From Leptonemataceae bacterium (GTDB lineage: Bacteria; Spirochaetota; Leptospiria; Leptospirales; Leptonemataceae), in the NCBI GenBank assembly GCA_965227295.1, contig OZ245742.1, positions 736,001 to 800,000 of the forward strand: a stretch of DNA of 64,000 nucleotides, read 5' to 3'. Shown one piece after another: positions 20,801 to 28,572 of the stretch. The notes beneath the pieces were generated by a model that was not told the origin of the DNA, ran no database searches, and was given only the letters and a program-made list of their open reading frames with translations. The translations under genes and the position numbers were made by a program. Within the stretch, counting starts at the first letter, position 1. Each line of letters begins with the position of its first letter.

Positions 20801-23800
20801 TGCGGGCCGCCGTGGAACCGGATGCACTAACGTATTCTTACAATAACTTTAACGCGCTGAACACGGCCGGTGTGGGCGACTTTACGGCTCTGCCGGCCGC
20901 ACTCAAAGACTACGGCCTCGTGAGCGCGTATGAAAGCTACACGCAACGCCTGGGGTTGGCCCTGAATGATGCGGATGACCGCGCGACGGGCCTCAGCCGG
21001 TTTCTGGATACGCTGAGTCAGGCGAACCGCGCGGCGGCGGAGCCGGTGTTGCAGGAGTATTTAACGAACTACGACGCGCGCAATCCTTCGTACTATTTGC
21101 CGGCGGATTTGAAAGATCGTTTTGCGCGGGAACGTTATTTCACAAAGCGCTACTCGGATGAACTTACTCCCGGGGATGCCGTGGCGCTGGGTGACTGGCT
21201 CGCGCAGGAGAAATTCGACGCGGGCGTGAGCGGGGCCGTGGAGAGCGCTGTGCGGACGGCCTACGTCCTCGACAACTTCTACGGCGAGGATGCGAACGAG
21301 TACTTAACCGCCATTGATGCGGACTTAAGCGTGCTCACCGGCAGCGGTGTGAGCGCGGAGGAGCGCCAGGCGTTCGTGCTGGGCCTCAGCGGCATGCTCA
21401 GCGCGGCGGGGGATCCGTTCATTGAACCGGACGCGATGCTCGCGGGCACCGTGATCTACGATAACTTTTTGTTCGAAGACAACACGCAGGCCTTGAAAGA
21501 CGCGCTGGATGCGGAGCTTGCGAACTACGCGGGGGTCCAGCGGACAGCGGACGCGGCGGCGACGCGGGCGGGTTTGTTTTTTGATTATAAGTCGGGTGCG
21601 AAGTCCATAAGATCGTACAAATCGTACTTAAACATTGCGCCGACGGGTTTGAGCGAGCCGGATGAGGCGACGCAGATTGCGGGCATGCTCGCGGAACTGG
21701 AGCATCAGGCGGAACATCGTCTGGGGGCGTTCGTGTCGCTCGTGGAGCAGTACTCGAGCTTCGCGTACAACGCGGACCCGGCGTATGCGAACAACCTGAA
21801 CATTCGCGATACCATCGGCGAGATCAACGCGGACTTCGCGCTGCAGGACGGACAGTACGCGCGGGCCGGGGACGGCAGCTACGTGTTCGAGTCCGGCTTA
21901 AATAACACTCAGGTGCGGTTAGACGAATTCGTGAACGCGAACACGGCGGCGTTCACCGCGGCGGATCGTGACGCCTACGCCCAGGTGCAGAAGCAGCAGG
22001 GCGCCATGGATCAGTTGCAGGAGACGATCATCACCGCGGGCCAGGAGGCCGTGCAGGTGAGCTGGATTACGGGTACGTTCGGCTCGGATACGAACGCGTA
22101 TCTGGGGGCGCTGGATCATGCACGCCAGGTGTTCGCGAATCGCGAGGCGGACTTCGACGCGGCGGAAATTGACTACAAAACGGCCGAATCGGCACTGCGC
22201 ACGAAACGCGAGGAGTATCGCGCGCAGCAGGACACGGTGCTCGCGAATTACAACGCACTAAGGGTCGCCGAGGTGGAGTTAGATCGGCTGAGCAGTTTGT
22301 ATGATCAGGCGACGATTGAGGAATACTCGCAGCAGACGGACGCGAACGGCGATACGGAAACGCTGGGGGATCCGGTGGCGGACGCGCAGGTGCGTTTTGA
22401 CGCGGCGCAAGGTGCGTACGAAGCACAGTTAGCGAAGATCGCGGGGCTCGAAGAGAAGCTGGCCCGCCAGGTGACGAAGGCGGAACTCGCCGCGGCGGCG
22501 GAGGTGCAGTTGAATCGGGACGAGACCGAGAAGTGGGCGATGCACGCCATGCGCTTCTCGCGCGCGGAAGAACGCCTGGAGGATAAGATCAATCAGCTGC
22601 ACGCGGACATTGAAGACATTAAGTCGAACATGGAACAGAACTTCGGCGCGCACTTTGATATTTCGATGACGCGCTTCGACGGTTACCGCCAGGAGGTGGC
22701 CGGTTATCTGGACTACGGCAGCAGTGATTATGTGCGCAGTGAGAATCTGCATCGCGATCGCTTTCGGTTGTTGAACGGGCTTGTGACGGGACAGATCGGT
22801 TTTTGGGATCTCGCGTACAGTCAGGCCGGCGGTTATGTGCAGCGGCCGATTTATGAAACGTATACGGACGCGGAGGGCGAAGAGCGCCGGCGGGTGATCG
22901 GTTACACGGACAACGCCGCGTGGAGTACGGGCATTGCAACGAAGAGCGGCGGCGAGTATGATCTGTTCGGTTTCGTGCACGGTTACAACCAGGGTCGCGC
23001 CGGACAAAATGAAACTCTGCGTGAGTTAGCGCAGGATCAGTTCTTATGGTCGTGGGAAGGCGATCTGTGGGCCGGCGCGCGGACGGCGCTGGACACGTCG
23101 AACTTCGACGCGGGCGTGTGGAATAATTATACGACGGGCGTGCTGACGATGGCGGCGATTTTTCTGTACGCCGGGGCGGCGGGGTTGCCGTTCTTGTTTC
23201 AGTTGTACGGGAAGGATCAGGCGTTCATGCAACAGGCGGGTCTCGCCTACGGACGTTTCGCAACGCTCACGGACAGCGCGAATGAGTTAAAGCAGAAGTA
23301 CGCCGAGTTGCACCGGTTGACGGACATAGACACGGTGGATCAACTGCGTGACGTCTTAGATGACGATGAGTTCGGGTTAACGGCCGAAGACCTGGCGCTG
23401 ATCGACGGATCGGGCGGGCTGGGGAACCTGGTGTGGAAGGGCGGCAAAGAGGACCTGGGCTTTAACGAGCTGGTGGGCAGCAACGGCCTGACGATCGCGC
23501 AGCAGAAGGCGATTCATGATGAATACGGTTTCTTCGTGCGCGACGGCACGTTTTCCGCGGGCGCGATAACTGCTACACCGACAGAGACGGATAAGTTCGG
23601 CCGGCGGACGACGCTAATGATCAGCGGGGATGAGTTTACGGATGCGATGGCCGCGATGGCGCAGACGCAGTACGAGATCGAGCGCCAGGAATATTTTCGT
23701 GCGGCCGAGACGATGACGAAGGATCGTGTGCAGGCGGATGATAAAGTTATCTTAGACGAACGGGAAGAATTCTACGCGAATTTACTCACGCAGGCGCAGG

Positions 23801-26800
23801 GTGTCGGTGTGGAGTACGAGATGTATCGTGTGCTCGCGGAGGATTACCACGGTGAAGGCGGGATTGTGGAGCAGGTTGCGGAGATTGAATTTCAGCAACG
23901 GATCGCATCTCAACAAAACGAGTGGGATTTACGCGAGGAGCAATTCGCGAAGAAGCGCCAGGAATGGGAGCAGAACATTGCGCGGTTAACTTCGGTGGGT
24001 GAAGAGCGCTGGAGTGATATGACGACGGAGGTTGCGACGGCCTGGAATAAATGGCGGAAAGATTTTGATCAACAGGCGCGGGATGCGGAGGATCTGTATC
24101 TGGAACGCATCGGTGATGCGGTGCAGGATCAGCAGGAATGGCAGGATGAGTTTACGTCGCTCGCTACGCAAGGGACAGATGAGCAGACGTTACGCGAGTT
24201 GTATGACGAGATTAATGCGATGGTGGCGGGATTGAAAACCGGCCTGCCGGACGATGTGAGCATCGATCTTAACGCCAACGAGATCCTGAACCAGGTACTG
24301 GCGAATCAACCGGACACGTTGAGTGAAGATACGATTTTGCGCGGGCAGTACGCGAATACGCAACTGTTTGTGAATGAGTTGCGGGAGTACAGTTTTGATA
24401 ATTCGATTCAAGACCGCTACGATGAGCTGACCGAGCGTTACGAAGAACAAACGCAGCGGCTCGTGCGTTTGCAGATGCTGGATAGTCTCTATGGCTTGAT
24501 AGACATGTATGATGAGACGATCGCGAAGGCGAACCTCGCGTTGCATAAGGAGCTGGATCTGAGTTTCTCGCGCAGTGAGTGGATGCGCATGGGGCCGGTG
24601 TACGCGAAGTTTATTAAGACACCGGCGGCGGTGATTACGGGTGGCAGCGCGATTCCGGTATACGCGCCCACATATGAAGACTATCAGTATATAAAGCCGG
24701 ACCTGACGATTGAAGCGATCGTAAACGACGCGAACGGACGCGAGTGGAACTTAACTGAAACAGAAAAGATCTTAGCGGACGACGGACCTTCCGGCGCCGA
24801 ACTCGAAGCAATGGTGCGCCTGGTGCGCAACAAATTGCAGAAGGACTTCGAAGAGCACTACGATCCGGACGAAGAAGTGGATTACGAGGCGTCTACCGGA
24901 TTGATCGCGCTGGATCTTGAAAGTGCCTTTGCCGCGAGTGCATCGGCGTTGCAGAATCCTCTGACGTGTTCGGAATCCGAGAGCATGGACGAATGTGCCC
25001 GCAGCATTCTGACTTCAGGCTATACCGTGGGTCTCGTGGAAGGCGGGACGTTCGGTTGGAATCACTTCGAGACATTTTACCGGGCCCTCGCGACGAAGAA
25101 GTTCTTTGATCAAATGGAGGCCGAGGGTCAGGCGGCACGCAACAGCGTGGGAGCACGGATGGGCCGGGACCTGGGCAATAATATTACGGCACCCCAGCGG
25201 GCGATCGCACGGAACGCCAGTTGGGCCCTGGATACCTTTGATCGGAACATCGACGCGCTGGCCTCAACGTTGCAACTGGGTTCATTCGGCACATTCGGTC
25301 TCACCCTGGGAACGAATGATCTGAAGAGCGGCCTGGCAAGGTACAGCGGCGCGATGCGGGATAGCGTGAACGCGTATGATAAGTTTCACCGTGGCATTCG
25401 CGTGGGCATGCAGAAAGGCTGGACCCGGAATGATACTTACATCGATGCGGCGATAACCGTGGCACTGACGGCGTTGTCGTTTATTCCGGTGCTGACGCCG
25501 TTTACGCTGACGGCCCTCGCGGCTTACAAGTCCCTTCGTGGAAGTTACCAGGGCGGCACACGGGGAGCGCTGGTGTCCGCAGGCGGAAGCGCGGCGTCTG
25601 TTCTGGCCGGCATGGCCACCGGCGGCACGGTGAGCATTAACGCGGGTTATAGTTTTCAAGGCGGTTACAATGGCGGCATTAGCCTGGGGCAAGGCGGTGC
25701 AAGTGTCGGCGTGAACTACAGCGAACAGGGCGGCTACGGCATGAGCGTGGGCTCGAATGGTGTTTCGCTGCGATACGGTGAGCAGGGTTCGTGGGGTGTG
25801 AGTGCGGGCGGCTTAAGTTATGATTACTCGCGATCAGGCGGTCACAGTTACGGTGTGGATGTGGCTCACTTTGAAGGCGAGAGTGGATCCGTGACCGGCA
25901 CGTTAACGTATAACAACAAGACCGGCACGGGCGTGAGTGCGAGCGCACAGTTCGGGACGACGGGAAAATACGGAACCTTCGGTGGGAATTCGTCGGTGGG
26001 CTGGTCTCGCTTCGGTGGCGTGAATAGTAACTTCGGTCTGTCTTACACGGCGCCGAATGTGAGCCTGGATTTTGGGTTGAGCGGTGATGAGCCTGTTGCG
26101 CCGACGAATAGTGATGAGTACCTGCTGAGTAACATTTTCGCGGGCGCCGCGAGTCGTGTGGATGAGTGGACGAAGGGCATTGCGGGTGCCGGTGATGCGG
26201 TGGCGGGGTTTGCCGGGAGTGCGCTTGGTTTTGGACGTGGCGGTTTTTGGGAGAAAGCCGGGAACTGGGCGAGTGGTAGTGGGTATCAGACGAATGCGGC
26301 TATTGCGGCTTCGGCAAAAGCAGCAGCCCTCGGGAAAGCTTACTACGACGCGACGACGACTGTCGATGCTTTGATTGATGTAACGAGCGACAACAAGAAT
26401 GAGGCTGGCGAAAACATTGTATCCACGGGGCGGGGAAAAAACATTCTCCAGCAAGCAGCGGGAGAAAACTACAGCGACGAAATCGCGAGCGAGTTTCTGG
26501 GTGATAAGTGGGATGCACAGGTGACAGCCGATATGATCGGTGCCGCCCTCGTTGCCATGGGCGTGGATGCAAACAACGTCGACTGGAACGGCGTGGCTCA
26601 GGCGATTCACGTTGACCAACAGAATTACGAAAAGCAACTTCACTCTGCGCTGGTCCGTTCGCGAAGCGATGATCGTACGATGGCTTTTCTCGAACGTTCC
26701 GGTGAGAAACTTATTTCGAATGTTACCGTAACTTCCGCCGGTACGATGGTAACGGTGATGAACCGTGAGAGCGGTGAGATGATGGTGTTGCCGGGGGACC

Positions 26801-27945
26801 ACCCGGCAGTGAGTGATATGCGGTCGGTTTCTTACGGCGGCAGCACTGCGGATGCCGTGAATGTGAAGGATACGATTTCACAGGCCGTGTGGAACGAACA
26901 GGATGCTCGTTGGGAGGCCCGCGGTCAGTATGCGGAGTTGTACCAGAAGCTCGTTTCTTCCGATGCGACGGACTATCTGTATTACGAACCAGAATTGCGG
27001 TGGGATCAAAAATTGCACGCGGGACTCGCAGGTGCGCATCAGTTTGCGTTCGATTACGCCGTGGCCCCCGTACTGGGCGGCATGGCGGCTGGTCCTCTTG
27101 GTGCGGTCGGCGCCATTTATGCAAAGAGCCTCGGCGGTTTCAGTGCGTATCGCGAAAGCGGTTTGCGCGACATTATGCTCAACAACAGCCGGTACGCTCC
27201 GCAGCAAAAGATCGCCGCGGGAAACATTGCTGATGCAACGGATGAATACGGAGTGCTCGCAGTGGATGCCGGATCGACACTGGCCGGCGGCATCGGCTTG
27301 TGGCGAACATTTGCGAAGAACGGCTTGAAGGCAAGCGCGGCCGCTGCCTGGAATGCAGTGAAGAGTCCGTTTGCGAAGTGGACGGGGGGAGTCGCGGATG
27401 ATGTGGTGGGGGCACCGGAATACAGTCTAGCATTTTTTGGCGACACAAACCTTAGCTATTATACTCGCCAGAATCCGACACTTGGTCGACCAGGTAGATC
27501 GTTTTTTGTTATGCCGCTTGAAGATGGAGCCCATGTGCGCAATGCTCACGATGCAGCAAGGTATACTGGGATGGCTCCTTCCGCCCAAGCTGCATATGTG
27601 AATCAAGGGCCTATCTACGCGCTAAGCATACCCAAGCAAGGTATCCCACACCGGATTCCAACTGCAGCTGATGCAAATGGATGGAAGCACTTCTTAGATG
27701 GCGGTCATACGGCAGTAAGACTTGAATTAAGACCAAGTCTTACGGAGATTAAGCAAATGCTTCGACATGGATATTCGTGGGCAGACATAAGCCATTTCAT
27801 ACTTAAGCCCGCTCAAGCAAGAGGAGGATATCTACTTAATCCCACAAGGGAATTCGTTATCCCGGGTGGTACACCGGTTCCGCCCGGATCAGTATTGTCT
27901 GAAATACTAGCCGATGGCTCATGGAAGCCTATACTAAGGTTCTAA
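14812..27945 (+). CDS. Giant (~4380 aa) secreted polymorphic-toxin-like protein, Leptospira Lepto_longest (TIGR04388)-like
   Basis: Uninterrupted ORF; basic plus hydrophobic signal peptide ending VFA/Q; long acidic helical/coiled-coil body; hydrophobic helices; Gly-rich beta-type repeats at ~25620-26070; lower-GC C-terminal tip from ~27410. Confidence 0.8.
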   Translation: MNFRFAFPRSFLSVRRRYRRFARKSRLHRRSLSSFMALLFLVQFVLAPTGVFAQTFDRLDEDVNKNRIGDYANAVEGADDEDDWNEFVGSGADLLRAEWEYRADLLLEQEVTAGAAREDLEAEKALAREAWEAELDDEIDQRRGRWRARTAAQSLDSLLDDIDYDELVAAVNDANALMFTDADDAATRVAAWDAIAGNRAALAKAAWESQLDAEMAALQSQGAGLSAEEQAAFLSELERVRTQVESVYKVEESAVVTSSRRKFVTEANTGDDLARSLAQSTDPAEIARLLVRKTELEMERLGVLPGDVRFDGVDAQLILTGAGDYQDQVSQALEAGQSAWKSAIDELIARKIGFDEQVAASRQAGENQWATAYATILDARESWLTDVEAQIQRGLQAWDAAESELAENRQLAEQELARLIENDRRDFQEHTRGIGQLVSGASSTLATIVENQRWFSTKIADLHADITRLDGESQSYAGGIHPIGTPGWVDQYNWHRANFTDAEINDRFNRINTYTAELAYWNSLEGEYRQIIADAEGVVHSQDMRDGGNGPGYFHDAGTGGDALLLTATEFELKLARARLAVLEEERDRAQAVLDYAVATTKDGAADIQSQLAAAKSSYEAAESAYLTELAALNGGGSQSLARVGLDDESTRESGDAVVGATLLDDVNALASDLEAKARTLERSRTALDNARDAYEQTLKLQVLIQNPSMLSDIGLLATDSSAINEDGENEGLRYEIFRAETDLTEAREKLRQQEQAYLRLMYERETALRSTGFFNQTNERIILHEQTKDKLAQLSAVLGGAGSLSDKLTALSSGSLLADIYGNAAADQFRDRIADIAAAVSDAEAPVATETNALNGGLAEFGTAHGAVTFGGGERDALSNFAGEVNRIVDALDGIAGVDWGGGLDDLRTLGSALTDSVALLASRGGDYDAAYATFAAELSDYESYAAANAGAEASAAYQARTARLLSAADEFRLAAARFEQEFRIAQSMQQQAEILLGRTLGSAPILIDASITGDARSAALQTISAEKLAFDAAGTSALGAIETGDDGFAALAEAFGQHAERVQVYRSALGGRSQANLAAGSFVNELHETLRGSLASQRSQLAFLLEESADEALLDSMQGELERGQRLEAAEINVRALELTEGYLASGRSVNILLIEVTEAVNALLNAYDVTDGAQRRELAALQAVGQYLSQNAQGLALLDDADRAEVVSGLADERAFAEDLRDWFAADGLMSDAEQLAIRTGGSPVERRLLSAFFNPAGQMVFGQVAFGAAQAEAIVLQQHADFAAQVNAGLVQSAMTDRYHEDQENKITGLIAEMKAAVPALNSLTASQLYNDSAPVSRDGLAHDTDEENARKAVLASLLSGAGASTEDRLNALTDMAQLVPIFGAEAAVSVFAELQAMQDAHSGAAEELARASRALVNQGAAFDAEVDALLGAYGKKSAYVSQRDALQAVLDLADVEDASSPAVVGVPQADVDAHVASLGGGDDPAVDFPADWTPVDDADGDAPGDAAWDPTYTHEDGFVTPFAGLDFASVTNARNDLDAALADWDANEATLSAAVANFRAAKATFDAAVLANPAGTPGYDAALTDFAVAVNDMYFAYRAHNEFFVALEFLARDAGDQARGVTAAAKSLAGLDPNQQLLTAAELAATPTEFQDEVAASPAAYLVLAGTEDAHVLALGAADYAAFQSANETQLATAVRASDEGSFAGAAAGVGFARERYSQAVTDMSAATAEADALIAALPDRVDVRLDPGSTDEVSAATLVSVVDQLRIFFAEKQAAGQDVNPAILDALEAAGGALDELEALRDFRDRGASVSVEDAKAERTAAEEARDDTAGVGALIVELQQFISQSEASGAGLHEQGDRIKELLAKYEAAQADFAAVYAFSAELDDAMSLLRDHAWAQHKRELTQAFLVRRGDLSVDAFLSNIEQGRFVNVPGANGESISVDSKFLGTALDATQLSELEALLREYAARARVDDAGIVADIDALLAQEDAAVRAAVEPDALTYSYNNFNALNTAGVGDFTALPAALKDYGLVSAYESYTQRLGLALNDADDRATGLSRFLDTLSQANRAAAEPVLQEYLTNYDARNPSYYLPADLKDRFARERYFTKRYSDELTPGDAVALGDWLAQEKFDAGVSGAVESAVRTAYVLDNFYGEDANEYLTAIDADLSVLTGSGVSAEERQAFVLGLSGMLSAAGDPFIEPDAMLAGTVIYDNFLFEDNTQALKDALDAELANYAGVQRTADAAATRAGLFFDYKSGAKSIRSYKSYLNIAPTGLSEPDEATQIAGMLAELEHQAEHRLGAFVSLVEQYSSFAYNADPAYANNLNIRDTIGEINADFALQDGQYARAGDGSYVFESGLNNTQVRLDEFVNANTAAFTAADRDAYAQVQKQQGAMDQLQETIITAGQEAVQVSWITGTFGSDTNAYLGALDHARQVFANREADFDAAEIDYKTAESALRTKREEYRAQQDTVLANYNALRVAEVELDRLSSLYDQATIEEYSQQTDANGDTETLGDPVADAQVRFDAAQGAYEAQLAKIAGLEEKLARQVTKAELAAAAEVQLNRDETEKWAMHAMRFSRAEERLEDKINQLHADIEDIKSNMEQNFGAHFDISMTRFDGYRQEVAGYLDYGSSDYVRSENLHRDRFRLLNGLVTGQIGFWDLAYSQAGGYVQRPIYETYTDAEGEERRRVIGYTDNAAWSTGIATKSGGEYDLFGFVHGYNQGRAGQNETLRELAQDQFLWSWEGDLWAGARTALDTSNFDAGVWNNYTTGVLTMAAIFLYAGAAGLPFLFQLYGKDQAFMQQAGLAYGRFATLTDSANELKQKYAELHRLTDIDTVDQLRDVLDDDEFGLTAEDLALIDGSGGLGNLVWKGGKEDLGFNELVGSNGLTIAQQKAIHDEYGFFVRDGTFSAGAITATPTETDKFGRRTTLMISGDEFTDAMAAMAQTQYEIERQEYFRAAETMTKDRVQADDKVILDEREEFYANLLTQAQGVGVEYEMYRVLAEDYHGEGGIVEQVAEIEFQQRIASQQNEWDLREEQFAKKRQEWEQNIARLTSVGEERWSDMTTEVATAWNKWRKDFDQQARDAEDLYLERIGDAVQDQQEWQDEFTSLATQGTDEQTLRELYDEINAMVAGLKTGLPDDVSIDLNANEILNQVLANQPDTLSEDTILRGQYANTQLFVNELREYSFDNSIQDRYDELTERYEEQTQRLVRLQMLDSLYGLIDMYDETIAKANLALHKELDLSFSRSEWMRMGPVYAKFIKTPAAVITGGSAIPVYAPTYEDYQYIKPDLTIEAIVNDANGREWNLTETEKILADDGPSGAELEAMVRLVRNKLQKDFEEHYDPDEEVDYEASTGLIALDLESAFAASASALQNPLTCSESESMDECARSILTSGYTVGLVEGGTFGWNHFETFYRALATKKFFDQMEAEGQAARNSVGARMGRDLGNNITAPQRAIARNASWALDTFDRNIDALASTLQLGSFGTFGLTLGTNDLKSGLARYSGAMRDSVNAYDKFHRGIRVGMQKGWTRNDTYIDAAITVALTALSFIPVLTPFTLTALAAYKSLRGSYQGGTRGALVSAGGSAASVLAGMATGGTVSINAGYSFQGGYNGGISLGQGGASVGVNYSEQGGYGMSVGSNGVSLRYGEQGSWGVSAGGLSYDYSRSGGHSYGVDVAHFEGESGSVTGTLTYNNKTGTGVSASAQFGTTGKYGTFGGNSSVGWSRFGGVNSNFGLSYTAPNVSLDFGLSGDEPVAPTNSDEYLLSNIFAGAASRVDEWTKGIAGAGDAVAGFAGSALGFGRGGFWEKAGNWASGSGYQTNAAIAASAKAAALGKAYYDATTTVDALIDVTSDNKNEAGENIVSTGRGKNILQQAAGENYSDEIASEFLGDKWDAQVTADMIGAALVAMGVDANNVDWNGVAQAIHVDQQNYEKQLHSALVRSRSDDRTMAFLERSGEKLISNVTVTSAGTMVTVMNRESGEMMVLPGDHPAVSDMRSVSYGGSTADAVNVKDTISQAVWNEQDARWEARGQYAELYQKLVSSDATDYLYYEPELRWDQKLHAGLAGAHQFAFDYAVAPVLGGMAAGPLGAVGAIYAKSLGGFSAYRESGLRDIMLNNSRYAPQQKIAAGNIADATDEYGVLAVDAGSTLAGGIGLWRTFAKNGLKASAAAAWNAVKSPFAKWTGGVADDVVGAPEYSLAFFGDTNLSYYTRQNPTLGRPGRSFFVMPLEDGAHVRNAHDAARYTGMAPSAQAAYVNQGPIYALSIPKQGIPHRIPTAADANGWKHFLDGGHTAVRLELRPSLTEIKQMLRHGYSWADISHFILKPAQARGGYLLNPTREFVIPGGTPVPPGSVLSEILADGSWKPILRF

Positions 27946-28199
27946 TGGAGTGGGAAAATAAAGGTTGCTATTCATGCCGTCATAGATGGCTTAGCGGAAA
28001 GCCGCCAAAGAAAATTGCGGATAGCCCAACTTATCCGGTCAGCTTGCACCAGTGCAAGGTCTGTGGCTCTCTCTGGGAACAGACAGACCGGTTTGCCGAC
28101 ATCCTTAGTCGAGAAGAAGCTATCAAAGTTTTTGGTCAAATTCCTGAACTTATGGATGAGAACAATGCAGAAGCTGAAGACACTCTCACCGGTGAATAA
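27945..28199 (+). CDS. Putative cognate immunity protein (CxxC...CxxC Zn-ribbon)
   Basis: ATG overlaps the toxin stop (TAATG); MEWENKGCYSC...HQCKVCGSLWE; low GC like the toxin tip. Confidence 0.7.
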   Translation: MEWENKGCYSCRHRWLSGKPPKKIADSPTYPVSLHQCKVCGSLWEQTDRFADILSREEAIKVFGQIPELMDENNAEAEDTLTGE

Positions 28200-28554
28200 A
28201 CTAGAGTTGCAGTTGGCCTCAACACGCCGCGGTGAGACTAAAATGTCCGAATTTCTGACCACTCTCATAAGTGAATCAGTTTTCGTGCCAAGCGGTACTC
28301 CTGTTGAACGAGATCTGGGCGAGTTGCAACCTATTGTGTACGATAGGGCCGGAATTGAAGTCATCGCCGTTTTTTCTAGCTCAGCCGCCGCCGCAACGGC
28401 TTCAGACATGGCACCATTTGGGCTAGAAATAAACACTCGTGAACTCCTGAAGAGTCTCTCACCAAAGACGGGCATAGTCCTAAATCCCGGCTTTGATCTT
28501 GGATTAGAACTACTACCAGATGGGATCCCAAAACTGCTTGAAGACTTCGGGTAG
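28156..28554 (+). CDS. SseB-family-like small protein (possible immunity)
   Basis: FLTTLISESVFVPS...IAVFSS...GIVLNPG pattern typical of the SseB N-terminal domain; start uncertain (28156/28165). Confidence 0.65.
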   Translation: MRTMQKLKTLSPVNKLELQLASTRRGETKMSEFLTTLISESVFVPSGTPVERDLGELQPIVYDRAGIEVIAVFSSSAAAATASDMAPFGLEINTRELLKSLSPKTGIVLNPGFDLGLELLPDGIPKLLEDFG

Positions 28555-28572
28555 TGTTTGGCCTATCCCTGT

